Below, one piece after another: positions 27,382-38,118 of a stretch of 64,000 bases of DNA. The position numbers were made by a program, and so were the translations under genes. The DNA is from a bacterium (GTDB lineage Bacteria; Electryoneota; RPQS01): the NCBI GenBank assembly GCA_016703065.1, contig JADJCU010000001.1:296526-360525 (forward strand), in the 5' to 3' direction. How positions within the stretch are numbered: the first letter of the stretch is position 1; each line of letters starts with the position of its first letter. The notes beneath the pieces were generated by a model. That model was not told the origin of the DNA. It ran no database searches and saw nothing but the letters and a program-made list of their open reading frames with translations.

Positions 27382-28554
27382 ATGACTGAACCCCTGTTGA
27401 ACACTCCCGCGACCATTTTGGCTGTATTAGCCACTATCGCCGCTTGCTTCTTCTGGCTCGAAAAGAAGACTCGCTGGAAGCTCTTTGAGTATGTGCCGCC
27501 GCTCCTCTTCATCTACCTCATCCCCGTTGCGCTCTCAAACGGCGGTGTCATTCCCACTAAATCCCCCGTCTATGCGCAGCTCTCTGATCTCGCCCTGCCC
27601 ATGTTCCTCGTCCTGCTGCTCTTGAACGTAGACGTGGCAGGCACCTTCCGCGTCATGGGCAAAGGTCTGTTTGTTATGCTCGCCGGTACGGCCGGTGTCG
27701 TCATCGGTGCCCCGCTCGGGTATATGCTGGTCGCCTACAAGCTCGGACCCGAAACTTGGAAAGGCTTCGGCGCCCTTGCCGGAAGCTGGATCGGTGGAAC
27801 CGGAAACATGGCCGCCGTCGCCGAAGGGCTTGGCACAAACGGCACCGATTTCGGGCTCGCCGTCATCGCCGACAACGGTATCTATCTGATCTGGCTCCCC
27901 ATTCTGCTCGCCTCCAAGAACATCGCTCCGTGGTTCCATCGCTTCACCGGCGTCTCCAGCGACCGCGTCCAAAAAATGAAAGAGGCCGCAGCCTCGCTCC
28001 AAACTCAAAAAGAACCCGTGGCCATGCGCCACTTGGTTTACCTGTTTGCGCTCGGTCTCGGAGTCGCGGCACTCGCCGAACTCTTGTCGCCCCTGATTCC
28101 GGTCTGGGAACCCGTGATGACCGAAAAAATCTACCGCATCCTCGTTGTCACGACGTTCGGACTGCTGCTCTCTGCCACTCCTGCCAAGCGCATTCCCGGC
28201 TCACAAGAGCTCGCAATGGCCCTGATCTACCTCTTCGTGGCTAACATGGGCGCGAAAGCAAGCCTTGAAGGTCTGGCTGGTCAAGCGCCGTGGTTCCTGC
28301 TCGGAGCATTTGTCTGGATTTGTATTCATGGCGCTTTCCTGCTGCTCGCTGCCAAACTTCTAAAAGTCGACGTGCACACTGCCGCCATCGCCTCCGCCGC
28401 GAACATTGGCGGCGCTGCCTCGGCGCCCGTCGTCGCGGCGTGTCACGATGAACGACTCGTACCCGTCTCAATTCTCATGGCCATGATCGGCTACGCCCTC
28501 GGCAACTATGGAGGTGTCGCCGCGGCGTATCTCTGCAGTATTTTTGCTCCATGA
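27382..28554 (+). CDS. polytopic membrane protein (DUF819-like)
   Basis: 390-aa ORF with about 10 hydrophobic helices. My recollection of DUF819-family N-termini ('FWLEKKTRW..') supports the call only weakly. Its stop overlaps the next ATG (ATGA at 28551-28554). Confidence 0.5.
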   Translation: MTEPLLNTPATILAVLATIAACFFWLEKKTRWKLFEYVPPLLFIYLIPVALSNGGVIPTKSPVYAQLSDLALPMFLVLLLLNVDVAGTFRVMGKGLFVMLAGTAGVVIGAPLGYMLVAYKLGPETWKGFGALAGSWIGGTGNMAAVAEGLGTNGTDFGLAVIADNGIYLIWLPILLASKNIAPWFHRFTGVSSDRVQKMKEAAASLQTQKEPVAMRHLVYLFALGLGVAALAELLSPLIPVWEPVMTEKIYRILVVTTFGLLLSATPAKRIPGSQELAMALIYLFVANMGAKASLEGLAGQAPWFLLGAFVWICIHGAFLLLAAKLLKVDVHTAAIASAANIGGAASAPVVAACHDERLVPVSILMAMIGYALGNYGGVAAAYLCSIFAP

Positions 28555-30521
28555 GTCACGAAATTCCGATGTTCTATGATCTGGCGATCATTCTCGCCTG
28601 TGCGCTGCCGGTGCTTTTCCTGTCGCGTCGCGTCGGCCTGCCCCCCATCGCCGGATTCGTACTCACTGGAATTATCATCGGCCCCTCCGGTCTCGGATTC
28701 ATCAGGAATGTTGAGCATGTCGAAAGTTCCGCCGAAGTCGGCGTTGTGCTCCTGCTCTTTGTCGTCGGTCTTGAACTCTCGCTCTCAAGTCTCAAGAGCA
28801 CGCCGCTTCGCGTCTATATCACCGCCATTGCACAGGTCATCGGCACTGCCGCTTTGGTCACTATTCTCGCCCTCGCCTTCAATCTGCGCGGTGAACTCGC
28901 TCTGATTGCCGGATTCGTTGTGACCGTCTCGTCTTCCGCACTCGTCCTCAAAGGGCTCGCCGACAAAGGCGAACTCAATACGCCGTTGGGCCGCATGGTG
29001 GTTACAATCTGCGTCGTGCAAGACCTCGCGATTGTCCCCATGATGATGACCGTAAACGTGCTCTCGTCCGGAGTGCTCACCAACTACGAAATCACCGTGC
29101 GCGCCGCACTGATGCTCGCTTGGGTGCTCTCGCTCTACCTGTTGGGCCGCTGGATACTCCCCCGAATGATGCGTTGGCTCGTTCGCATTCAGGCCGCCGA
29201 AGCCATCCTGCTGTTCGCCATTCTCGTTATGCTCGTCGTCGGTGCGTTAAGCTCACTCGCCGGTCTGTCCGTCGCACTCGGCGCCTTTGCCGCCGGTGTC
29301 ATTCTCTCTGAAAACGAGTTCAGCTCGCACATCTACTCGCAGGTGCAGGCCTTCTCCACGCTCTTTTCCTCGCTCTTCTTTCTCTCCATCGGGATGCTGC
29401 TCGATCTGCGATTCGTGATCTCACATCTGGATACCGTTCTGCTCGTTGCGATTGCCATTCTGTTTGTGAAAGCGATTGTCATCATTGCGGTCAGCCAGCC
29501 GCTCACTCTGTCGTTGCGGCATCGCGTACAAGGAGGCGTCTATCTCGCGCAAACCGGCGAATTCTCCTTCCTCATCCTCAGCGCCGCGATGGCCGGCTCC
29601 CTGGTCACCAAAACGGAGTTCCAGTACCTGATTGCGGCATCAAGCTTGACTCTTGCCGTAACACCCCTCGTCATGCAGCTCGCGCCGCATGTTGCCTACC
29701 ACGCCGGACGCCGCATCGGTGCCGGAAAAACCGAAGAGACCACCCCAGAACCGCTGCCTGACCGCCCAAATCCCTGCGTCCTGATTGTCGGCTACGGACT
29801 CAACGGACACAACGTCGCCCGCGTGCTCCGCGAAGCCGGAATTTACTACGAAGTCCTTGAGTTCAATCCCAAGACCGTCCGTGAAGCCCGGCTCGATGGT
29901 GAAATCATTCACTACAGCGATGTCTCGCACGCCGAATTCCTGCGTCATCTCGGCCTCGCGCATTTCGATAGCGCGGTTATCGCAATCTCCGACCCCGCCG
30001 CCACGCGACGCGCCGTTACGACTATCCATCGCCTGAATCCGGACCTGCATCTTATTGTCCGTACCCGCTACGTCGCCGAAGTCGAAGAGCTCGAACGGCT
30101 CGGAGCAAAACTCGTCGTCCCCGAAGAATTTGAAACCTCGCTCCGCATCTTCGTCGAACTGCTCACGCACTATCACATTCCGCCGCATATCATCGCCGCG
30201 CAAGTCGAAGTCGTGCGCAGCCAAAGCTACGGCGCGCTCCGCGGCGCCGCCGTCAGCGGTGAACGGCTCGCCCAACTCCTCATGCAGCGCCTCGTCGAAG
30301 CCGTTCCCATTCATGAAAACAGCAAAGCGCGCACAATGACATTGCGCGCGCTCGGTTTCTCCCGCGAAAGCTCCTGTCAGGTCATTTCGCTCTTGCGGGA
30401 GGGCTTCATTTTTCAGGGTGAACAGCTTGACGTTCCACTCGCATCCGGGGATCTCGTCGTTCTTTATGGCGACCATGCGGCGCTTGACTCAGCCGTGCTG
30501 CTGCTCGGCGCGGTCCGTTGA
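28551..30521 (+). CDS. monovalent cation:proton antiporter-2 (CPA2, Kef-type) with TrkA-N/TrkA-C regulatory domains
   Basis: An Na+/H+-exchanger-like membrane domain is followed by the Rossmann motif 'VLIVGYGLNGHNVARVLREAG' and a C-terminal TrkA-C-like domain. Confidence 0.8.
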   Translation: MSHEIPMFYDLAIILACALPVLFLSRRVGLPPIAGFVLTGIIIGPSGLGFIRNVEHVESSAEVGVVLLLFVVGLELSLSSLKSTPLRVYITAIAQVIGTAALVTILALAFNLRGELALIAGFVVTVSSSALVLKGLADKGELNTPLGRMVVTICVVQDLAIVPMMMTVNVLSSGVLTNYEITVRAALMLAWVLSLYLLGRWILPRMMRWLVRIQAAEAILLFAILVMLVVGALSSLAGLSVALGAFAAGVILSENEFSSHIYSQVQAFSTLFSSLFFLSIGMLLDLRFVISHLDTVLLVAIAILFVKAIVIIAVSQPLTLSLRHRVQGGVYLAQTGEFSFLILSAAMAGSLVTKTEFQYLIAASSLTLAVTPLVMQLAPHVAYHAGRRIGAGKTEETTPEPLPDRPNPCVLIVGYGLNGHNVARVLREAGIYYEVLEFNPKTVREARLDGEIIHYSDVSHAEFLRHLGLAHFDSAVIAISDPAATRRAVTTIHRLNPDLHLIVRTRYVAEVEELERLGAKLVVPEEFETSLRIFVELLTHYHIPPHIIAAQVEVVRSQSYGALRGAAVSGERLAQLLMQRLVEAVPIHENSKARTMTLRALGFSRESSCQVISLLREGFIFQGEQLDVPLASGDLVVLYGDHAALDSAVLLLGAVR

Positions 30522-30779
30522 CGCGCGTTCCTTCTTCCGGAAAAAGATCGTCCCCAGCTTCTCGCCGCTTTCTTTGAACTTATTCAGATACCGCCGCGCC
30601 CACGCGTACTCCGTCGCGAGAATTGCCAGCCCAATCGGAATCACGACTACCGCAGGGCCCGGTAAAACGACCATGACGACGCCCACCAGCAACACGCTGA
30701 AGCCGAGAATCGTCCGCACAAGTTTGAGAGCTGCATTAAATGCCGCACTGCGCGGCTTGCTTGGAATCGAGTTCGTCAT
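30489..30779 (-). CDS. small membrane protein with PGPGW-type motif
   Basis: 'VVLPGPAVVVIPIGLAILATEYAWARRYL' matches the PGPGW transmembrane family pattern. It overlaps the Kef 3' end on the opposite strand by about 30 nt. Confidence 0.5.
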   Translation of the reverse strand: MTNSIPSKPRSAAFNAALKLVRTILGFSVLLVGVVMVVLPGPAVVVIPIGLAILATEYAWARRYLNKFKESGEKLGTIFFRKKERASTDRAEQQHG

Positions 30780-30811
30780 GGATCGCCGTTATTCAATCTT
30801 TACTCCTGCAA

Positions 30812-31717
30812 ATGCCTGATCGCACTATCGCCCGCGTCGCCACAATCGCCCGCCGCACCTGTCTACTGCATTTCAACAGCGGAGCGCGCGCGTCTGCCAT
30901 CCTGCGCGGCAAACTCTTCGATTACGACGGCAGCGGCGTCGCTGTCGGCGACCGCGTGCATGCCGTCTGCGAGAATGAGCAATGGGCCGTCGAAGAGGTG
31001 CTCGAACGCGACAATGCCTACTTGCGAAAGGGCCTGCGCCGCGAAAAACAGGTCATGTTCGCCAACGCCGACCGCGTCCTGATCATTGCCTCGCTCGCGC
31101 AGCCTTCGACCAAAATTGCCGCACTCGACCGCTTCCTCGTCGCCGCTCTCTTCGGCGGTGTACCCGCCGTGTTCGTGCTCACCAAGCTCGACCTCGACAT
31201 GGCCGGAAATCGCGTCCGCGAAATTAACTCTATCTACGAGTCCTTTGATCTCCGCATTTTTCCCGTCAGCAACATCACGGGCGAGGGGATCGAGCCGCTG
31301 CGCGAACTGCTGCAAGATGGAGTGTCCGCGATTATCGGAAACTCCGGCGTCGGAAAGACGTCTCTCACCAATGCGCTGATCCCCGAACTCGATTTGCAGG
31401 TCCGCGAAGTCAGCGCATGGTCCGGCAAAGGCACACACACGACAACTGCCGCGCTCTATCTTCCGTTCGGCGAGCGCGCCGCTTTGATTGACACGCCCGG
31501 CATGAAGAGCTTCGTCCCGTACGGATTGGGTAGAGACAATCTCACCGCACTCTTTCCCGACATTCAAGAGCTTACGCGAGCCTGCCGCTTCCGCAACTGC
31601 AAACATGTCGCAGAACCTGACTGTGCCGTGCTCGAAGCGCTGGAAGAGCAAACCTTGCCTGCGTCACGCTACAAGAGCTACCACCGCCTGCTGAGCGAGC
31701 TCGAAGAAGATTACTAA
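30812..31717 (+). CDS. rsgA: ribosome small-subunit-dependent GTPase A
   Basis: Circularly permuted GTPase motifs ('VLTKLDL', 'GNSGVGKTSLTNALIP', 'DTPGMKSF') and the zinc knuckle 'CRFRNCKHVAEPDCAV'. Start moved to ATG 30812. Confidence 0.85.
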   Translation: MPDRTIARVATIARRTCLLHFNSGARASAILRGKLFDYDGSGVAVGDRVHAVCENEQWAVEEVLERDNAYLRKGLRREKQVMFANADRVLIIASLAQPSTKIAALDRFLVAALFGGVPAVFVLTKLDLDMAGNRVREINSIYESFDLRIFPVSNITGEGIEPLRELLQDGVSAIIGNSGVGKTSLTNALIPELDLQVREVSAWSGKGTHTTTAALYLPFGERAALIDTPGMKSFVPYGLGRDNLTALFPDIQELTRACRFRNCKHVAEPDCAVLEALEEQTLPASRYKSYHRLLSELEEDY

Positions 31718-31805
31718 CCTCTCGTCACGCGGCGGCAGCGGTCGACACCTGATCCGCTGGCCAACAGCGCCTGAGTCCGAAATCCATCCTCGATTCTCCC
31801 AAGTG

Positions 31806-31830
31806 AAAAGACGGCTCGCGCCGTCTTTTC
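31806..31830. terminator. bidirectional rho-independent terminator
   Basis: Hairpin AAAAGACGGC-TCGC-GCCGTCTTTT between convergent rsgA and the CBS gene. Confidence 0.8.
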
Positions 31831-31834
31831 TGCG

Positions 31835-33274
31835 TCAAGACTTGTCCGGCGCGGTGGTTCGATGCAGCAGATAGTCGATCAGATCGATCTTCGTGATGAT
31901 CGCGCGCGGAACGTCCTCACGCAGCACCATCACGGCATCATGCGGCATCCGTGTAAACACCTGACTCACCGAATCGAGTGAGGTCTCTTCCGTCACCGTC
32001 GGGAAATCTGTCTGCACAATCGGACCGATACTCGAATGCGCCGTCCCTACACCGGAGAGCATGAACTTCAAAAGGTCACTCTCGTGAATCAGGCCGATCA
32101 CGCGATCGTTCTCCACCACCGGCATCTGACTGATCCCCGTCTCCTTCAAGTGCAGAATCACGTCACCCACCTTGTCGCCCTTCTGCGCCGAAATCAGGCT
32201 ATGCGGAGCGCGCGCCGATAACAGCTCGCGCACCGTGCCGAGCGGTGACTGCTCATCGAGCATTCCGTTGTCGCGCATCCACTCGTCGTTAAACATTTTC
32301 GAGAGATAGCGCGAGCCGCTGTCCGGCAGCACCGTGACAATCACAGAACCCGGTGCCACTCGCTTCGCAAGCTCCGCCGCCGCCCACACCGCCGTGCCCG
32401 ATGAACCGCCTGCGTAAATCCCTTCTTCGCGCGCCAGCCTCCGCCCCATCATAAACGAATCCTTGTCGGCCACTTGAATCATGTCGTCTACGAGCTTGAA
32501 ATCAATGTTGCCCACAAGCTGATCCTGTCCAATCCCCTCAACCTTGTACGCGTACATCTCGCCAAATTCGCCGCTCTTCCAATAGTTCGTCAGCATCGAA
32601 CCGAAAGTGTCGACACCCACGCACTGAACTCTCGGATTCTTCTCCTTCAAATACGTGGCGATCCCCGTAAACGTGCCGCCCGTCCCCAGGCCCGCCACGA
32701 AATAGTCAATCTTCCCCTCTGTCTGTTCCCAGATTTCCGGCCCCGACAAGGTGTAATGCGCCTCCGTGTTCAACCGATTGTGATATTGATTCACATAATA
32801 GCTCCCCGGAGTCTCACGGTGAATCCGCTTCGCTGTTTCATAGTAACTGAGCGGGGACTCCGCATCCACATTCGCCGGGCACACGACTACTTTCGCGCCG
32901 AACACCTTGAGCCCGTCCACTTTCTCCTTGCTCATCTTGTCTGAAATCGTAAACACACAGCGGTAACCCTTAACAGCCGCGGCCATGCCCATCGCCGCGC
33001 CCGTGTTGCCGCTCGTGTTCTCCACGATCATTCCGCCCGGCTTCAAGTCGCCTGCGCCAGCGGCCTTGTCGAGCATATAACTCGCCATACGATCCTTCAC
33101 CGATCCTGAAGGATTCATCTGCTCGCACTTGACCCAAATCTCGCCCGGAAGCCCGGCGCCAATCTTGTTCAACCTAACGAGCGGCGTATTCCCGATCGCG
33201 TCCGTAATACTGCCTAAACGATTGTGTGCTTTGGATGGCTGCATGGAAAATGGTCTGGTGTATGGGTTATTCAA
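31835..33274 (-). CDS. cystathionine beta-synthase (PLP-dependent CysK/CBS fold plus tandem CBS domains)
   Basis: PLP-lysine motif 'NPSGSVKDRMA', 'TSGNTGAAMGMAAA', 'GTGGTFTG', and a C-terminal CBS pair ('GISQMPVVENDRVIGLIHESDLL'). Confidence 0.85.
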   Translation of the reverse strand: MNNPYTRPFSMQPSKAHNRLGSITDAIGNTPLVRLNKIGAGLPGEIWVKCEQMNPSGSVKDRMASYMLDKAAGAGDLKPGGMIVENTSGNTGAAMGMAAAVKGYRCVFTISDKMSKEKVDGLKVFGAKVVVCPANVDAESPLSYYETAKRIHRETPGSYYVNQYHNRLNTEAHYTLSGPEIWEQTEGKIDYFVAGLGTGGTFTGIATYLKEKNPRVQCVGVDTFGSMLTNYWKSGEFGEMYAYKVEGIGQDQLVGNIDFKLVDDMIQVADKDSFMMGRRLAREEGIYAGGSSGTAVWAAAELAKRVAPGSVIVTVLPDSGSRYLSKMFNDEWMRDNGMLDEQSPLGTVRELLSARAPHSLISAQKGDKVGDVILHLKETGISQMPVVENDRVIGLIHESDLLKFMLSGVGTAHSSIGPIVQTDFPTVTEETSLDSVSQVFTRMPHDAVMVLREDVPRAIITKIDLIDYLLHRTTAPDKS

Positions 33275-33281
33275 TCACAAA

Positions 33282-34119
33282 TCACAAAGAAGATGCAAGA
33301 ACCGTGGCAGCCCGCTCCTGATGCTCCAAAAACAAATACGGCTCGATCAACTCAAGCTCCATCAAAACAAACTCCCCGCCGCGCAGAATGCCATCCACTC
33401 GCGCATACAGCGGCGTTTCAGCCATAGGAATCTGCGCGAGAATCTTGCGCCCCTGCTCGATGACCGAACCTGATACTTCAATCGCTTCCGTCTGTCCCCC
33501 GAAGCGCGGCTGCACTCGATAGTCACCGGAGCCGGCGTCTTCAATACCGCGTGCGAAAACTCGCCGCGAAAGTAGATCAGCGCATATTCACCCGGATTTA
33601 CGACTTCAGGGATGAAGGTCTGAAGCATCAGCTCCTTTTCCGCCGCGACTCCTTTGAGATGCTCCGCAACTGCAAGCACACTGTCGGGCGTCACGCGATA
33701 CGTGTCCTTCGCTCCTCCCGACACCGTCGGCTTGATGACGCACGGCTCCGTTACCATACTCATCAGCAGCTCCGGCGTCAACGTCCCACGGGATATCCAC
33801 GTCGTGTCCGGAATGGAAACTCCGCGCGCCGCAAGATCACGCATATACGTCTTGTCACAATTCCAGCGCACAACTTCTGCAGGGTGTGCAGCCGAATCCC
33901 CGCCTTTTCAACGTCATCAATCCAAGTCAAGAAGCGCGGCAGGTGGTTGCTGTAGTCCCACGTGCACCGGATGATGATCTGCGAGCACGACCGCCACGCC
34001 TCCTGCGGATCATCCCAGATCACAACTGCGCACGCCGCGCGCCGCGACAACTCCTGATACAAGAGCTGTTCACCGCCCGACAGCTCCGGCAACTCCCGCG
34101 ACGTCGCCAGACCGATCAC
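33282..34119 (-). pseudogene. ATP-grasp (RimK/glutathione-synthetase-like) enzyme, two frameshifts
   Basis: The family sequence is spread over three frames: 'IGLATSRELPELSGGEQ..WDYSNHLPRFLTWIDDVEKAGIRLH', then 'PAEVVRWNCDKTYMRDLAARGV..CVIKPTVSGGAKDTY..ALIYFRGEFSHAVLK', then 'GDYRVQPRFGGQTEAIEV..LYARVDGIL..GEFVLMELELIEPYLF'. Shifts are at about 33878-33886 and 33520-33545. The GTG start overlaps the stop of the upstream gene (GTGA). Confidence 0.6.
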
Positions 34120-34819
34120 TTCGCCTCGGCCAGCAAGCGCGGTTCGTCCGTAATCACTCCACTCACTCCGAGCTCGACGACGCGCCGGAATTCCGCAAGG
34201 TCGTTCACCGTCCACGTGAACAGCGGCACGTTATGAATCTTGAAGAACCCGGCAAGTTCCGGCGTGATCAATTCATGATAAAACGCAATCCCGTTGCCAT
34301 GAACGCGGTGAATCGTATTCAACTCGTCTTCAAGCGTCATCCGTTCCGCGACGATCCAGATTGCCGGAACATCCGGCGCGAGCGCGCGGTATGTCGCGAC
34401 AACATCGGGCAAGAAACTCGAAAAAAGAAACGTCTCCTTCTTCAGCGTCGTGCGCGCCAGTTCAAGTACCGTCTTCTCGTGACCCGGAACCTTGATCTCA
34501 ATATTCACGAATCCCCGGCCCGATAGATCGCGCAGCACCTCCTCCAACGTGTGCATTTGCCGCCCGACCCTTCAAGAAGGGCCTGCATCTCGGCCAACGA
34601 CAGGTCGCAAAGTCTTTCGCCCGTGGCCAGCTCCTCGTCGTGACAGACCACCGGAATACCGTCACGAGTGATCTGCACATCGAGCTCAACTCCGTCGGCG
34701 CCCTCGTCCAGCGCCAATCGAAAAGACGCCAGCGTGTTCTCTCGCGCAATCTTCGGTGAGCCGCGATGCCCAAGAATGATCGCGCGCCCGCTGACTATTT
34801 GTCGAAATCTATCTGCCAC
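34116..34819 (-). pseudogene. glycerophosphodiester phosphodiesterase, frameshifted
   Basis: 'ILGHRGSPKIARENTLASFRLALDEGADGVELDVQITRDGIPVVCHD' in one frame, then 'MHTLEEVL..VNIEIK..' to the end in another. The shift is at about 34553-34565. Confidence 0.7.
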
Positions 34820-34854
34820 GATTTGGAATTGTAGAGTTGTGTTGCCGCAAGAAC

Positions 34855-35993
34855 CTACCTAAGCCGCTGCATCGCCAATGCTATTCTTTCAAGCGATTGC
34901 GTCAGCGCCAACCGAATATACCCGCCTCCTTCTTTGCCGAAGCCGCGCCCCGGCGTGACCACTACGTCGTGATCGAGTGCCCGCTGCACAAATGGCAGCT
35001 CGTCGTCTCCCACTCGTGCCCATACATAAAACGTCGCCGGACTTTCGATCACATCCAACCCGAGTTCACGCAGCGCCCTTTCGCTGAACGCTCTCCGCTC
35101 ACCGTATATCTTGCGAATCTCCTTGACTTCTTTGGGCGGCACCTGTCCGCAATAGCCCGCCAGCCCGTCCGCCATGGCGCGCTGAATCATCAACGGTGCG
35201 CCGGAATCGATCTGCGATTTGGCCTTCACCAGGTCCGAGATATAGTCCGCGCGTCCGACGCAGAACCCGATGCGAAATCCCGTCGCGTTAAACACCTTCG
35301 ACAGCGAGTGCATCTCCACTGCGTTGCTCGTGTATTGCAGGAACGACGGCGCGACATAATCGCCAAAGGTCATCTCGCTGTATGCGTGATCGTGGCAAAC
35401 CACGGTCTCGGGATGCGTGTCCGCAAACTCCGCCAACTGCCGCCAAAAGTACTCGGTCGCAATTGCCCCCGTCGGATTATTCGGATAGTTACAGAAGAGC
35501 ATCTTGCACCCTTCGGCTAAAGTCAAATCCGGCAAGAATCCGTTCTCTTTCGTCAGCGGCATCGTCTTCACGTGACCATCGCACAACGTCGCCACCCCCT
35601 GCGCATACACGGGATACGCCGGCGACGGACAAGCAACGGTGTCACCCGGATTCACCACCGCCCGGCCCAGCGACGACAGACCTTCCTTGCCCCCCAGCAC
35701 CACGCAAATCTGCGAGTCTGGATCGAGTTCGACTCCGAACCTCCCTTGAAGTACGTCGCTATCGCCGCGCGAACGCCGCGATCCCCGCGCGACGATGAAT
35801 AGAAGTGCGCATCCGAATCCGCTGCGTGCTCCTGCAAACTCTTCGTGAACGAATCCGGCGGCATCAAATCCGGGTCGCCAATCCCAAGATTGATTACGTC
35901 CCGCCCTGCGGCAGTCTTCTCCGCGATCTTCTGCTCAAGATCGGCAAACAAATATTCTGGTAGGCGCGTTAAGCGCGTGGCTGGTGTCGACAA
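34855..35993 (-). pseudogene. dapL: class I/II PLP aminotransferase, LL-diaminopimelate aminotransferase-like, frameshifted
   Basis: The N-terminus 'LPEYLFADLEQKIAEKTAAGRDVINLGIGDPDLMPPDSF' fits the DapL pattern as I recall it. After '..AAIATYFK' the sequence continues in another frame ('RFGVELDPDSQICVVLGGKEGL..NYPNNPTGA..SLSKVFNATGFRIG'). The shift is at about 35741-35748. dapF lies 1.1 kb away. Confidence 0.6.
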
Positions 35994-36048
35994 AATTTGA
36001 AATGATGTTGTTTAAGAGAAACGTGCCTTACTCGAGGCGGCACGCGGC

Positions 36049-37077
36049 CTACGGTTGAGACTCGAAATACTCGAATGCATCGACCAAATCGAGATACACG
36101 CCGTCAAAGCCCGAATTCAAAATTCGCTGTGTGTAACTCGAGTCGGTTCCCACAATAATACTCTGCCACTCCGGCTGCCAATATTCAACTTTGTAGTTCC
36201 CCGGCCAATCCGGATTCTCGGTTCCCAACCATGACGGCGGAGTCGTCGACCACGAGGGCTGCCAATAGTAGCGGTAATCCTCCGCCTCACCGATACTCAT
36301 GTAACAGATCACCAATCGCGTCCCGCCGTTCGCCTTTTGTCTAAGCGAATTCACATCCGCAGCCGTGAGTTGATCTTCCCAAAAGAATAAATCCACTACT
36401 ACCGCGTCGTGATTCGTCGCCGCGACCACGTCCAGAAACTCCTGCTTGTCCGCAAAGTTCGGATTGATCAGATACAGGAAATTCTGCGCCTGACCAAGTG
36501 TCGTGATGTGATTGGCATTCCCGTTGTACGGTTGCGCGGGATAGGCCGGAACGTTGTCCAAATCGCGATGATCCGCCGCGAATGAGATCAACCCGTGCGC
36601 CGCGCTCTGCGCATATGAGTTGTTGACAAACGACTGCGTCCAGCAATAGTCAATCACTAACGCTTGCACACCGGCGGCCTCGCAGCGGTCCATATACGCA
36701 AGCATATAGTCGCGGTCCGCTGCCGGAGTCGCCACATTATCTGCCGTGTAGCCGTAGAACAGGTCTTCCCGCGCCTGCCCTCCGATCAGCGACACGTACG
36801 ATTGCGCCAGCGGCCCGTTCGACGTGCTGTCCGTCGTAATCAGCTCCTGACCATTCTGCGGAATCACAAAAAACTCGGCATCCGTTGCCACCGCGAAGGT
36901 GCGAATACTCACTATGAAGTCCCGCATCTCCTGCCGGTAGTTCAGCGGCCCCTCGGGCATATCTTCCGTCGCGTTCTTCACGTCGCACGCAGCCAACAGC
37001 AGATTCATCACCGCGCTCACGGCCGTAAGAACCATCACTCTAAACATGTTCATCCTCTCACTCGCCATATTCATCAT
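36049..37077 (-). CDS. TM1410/MJ1477-family putative glycoside hydrolase (GH114-like TIM barrel), lipoprotein
   Basis: Lipobox '..LLLAAC'. 'FFVIPQNGQEL', 'VICYMSIGEAEDYRYYW', 'NPDWPGNYKVEYWQPEW' and 'GFDGVYLDLVDAFEY' match the family pattern as I recall it. The exact start (one of several ATGs at 37050-37077) is uncertain. Confidence 0.6.
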   Translation of the reverse strand: MMNMASERMNMFRVMVLTAVSAVMNLLLAACDVKNATEDMPEGPLNYRQEMRDFIVSIRTFAVATDAEFFVIPQNGQELITTDSTSNGPLAQSYVSLIGGQAREDLFYGYTADNVATPAADRDYMLAYMDRCEAAGVQALVIDYCWTQSFVNNSYAQSAAHGLISFAADHRDLDNVPAYPAQPYNGNANHITTLGQAQNFLYLINPNFADKQEFLDVVAATNHDAVVVDLFFWEDQLTAADVNSLRQKANGGTRLVICYMSIGEAEDYRYYWQPSWSTTPPSWLGTENPDWPGNYKVEYWQPEWQSIIVGTDSSYTQRILNSGFDGVYLDLVDAFEYFESQP

Positions 37078-37124
37078 GCGTTCGACATCTCGTTACCACG
37101 ACCCTTTGCCGATTCCAATCCCTC

Positions 37125-37922
37125 CTACAGATAAACTTCCCCCGCACATACCCGTTCTGCAATACTCCGCTGCCGAATCTCCTTGAAATCCGTCGCTACC
37201 GTGATATGCAGCGCCCCCCCGGGCTGATGAATCGCAATCGGCCGGTCAACCACCGCACACCCCGCACACGCCGTCGCCACTGAACCAGATCCGCACGCCA
37301 GCGTAATCCCCGCGCCGCGCTCCCACACCACAAGTTGCGCCGCATCGCGCGCCAGTACCTTCACAAACTCAATATTCGCTCCCTGCGGAAATGCCCCGTT
37401 CCTCTCCAAACTCGGACCATACTTCTCCGCAAACGGAATATCGCGCGCTTCGCCGAAAATCACGCCGTGCGGATTCCCCACATTCACAGACAAAACATCA
37501 AACGTTAAGTCGTGTGCCGTCAGCTTCAACTGCGACGGGCCACCCGTTTTTGCGAAGTCCGGCGCGGGCATCGTTGTCTCAAATACGTTGTCCCCTTTGT
37601 GCCACGCAGAGAGGACTCCGCCTCCCGTCTCGATCTGAACACCTTGAGAAACATCGTACCCCGAGTCCTTCAAGAAGTGCACAAAGCAGCGCAATCCGTT
37701 CCCTGAGATCTCCGCGCTCGACCCATCCGCGTTCCACAATAGCATCCGGTGATTCGCCCGCTCGCTCTTCGTCCGCAGCAGAATCCCATCCGCTCCAACT
37801 CCCGTGTGCCGCTGGCATAACCGCCGCACTAACTCCGAAGTAAAATACTCTTGCGGAATGGTGCGCTCGTCGAATAACAGAAAATCGTTGCCTAATCCGT
37901 GATATTTTGTGAAGTAGATCAT
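37125..37922 (-). CDS. dapF: diaminopimelate epimerase
   Basis: 'YHGLGNDF', 'GADGIL', catalytic 'SGNGLRC' and 'ACGSGSVA'. Start moved to ATG 37922. Confidence 0.85.
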   Translation of the reverse strand: MIYFTKYHGLGNDFLLFDERTIPQEYFTSELVRRLCQRHTGVGADGILLRTKSERANHRMLLWNADGSSAEISGNGLRCFVHFLKDSGYDVSQGVQIETGGGVLSAWHKGDNVFETTMPAPDFAKTGGPSQLKLTAHDLTFDVLSVNVGNPHGVIFGEARDIPFAEKYGPSLERNGAFPQGANIEFVKVLARDAAQLVVWERGAGITLACGSGSVATACAGCAVVDRPIAIHQPGGALHITVATDFKEIRQRSIAERVCAGEVYL

Positions 37923-38025
37923 GGTTATTTTGCGGAGCCTGCAAAGCGCCAGCCGCGCGTTTCTTGAATCTGTGGCAATCGTGTCCGACGAACCAAGAAC
38001 ACAATATAGCAGGATTTCCCCAACG

Positions 38026-38041
38026 TGGCAACTCTCTTGCA
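38026..38041 (+). promoter_or_regulatory. sigma-54 (-24/-12) type promoter
   Basis: TGGCAA-CTCTC-TTGCA has exact consensus spacing (GG and GC 12 nt apart). It lies 78 nt upstream of ATG 38119. Confidence 0.5.
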
Positions 38042-38118
38042 CCCACCCAAATCGTTGTGTATATTGCCTTAGTCTTGTCCATCATGCCACGCTTCACTCC
38101 CCTCGGAAAGGTTTGCCG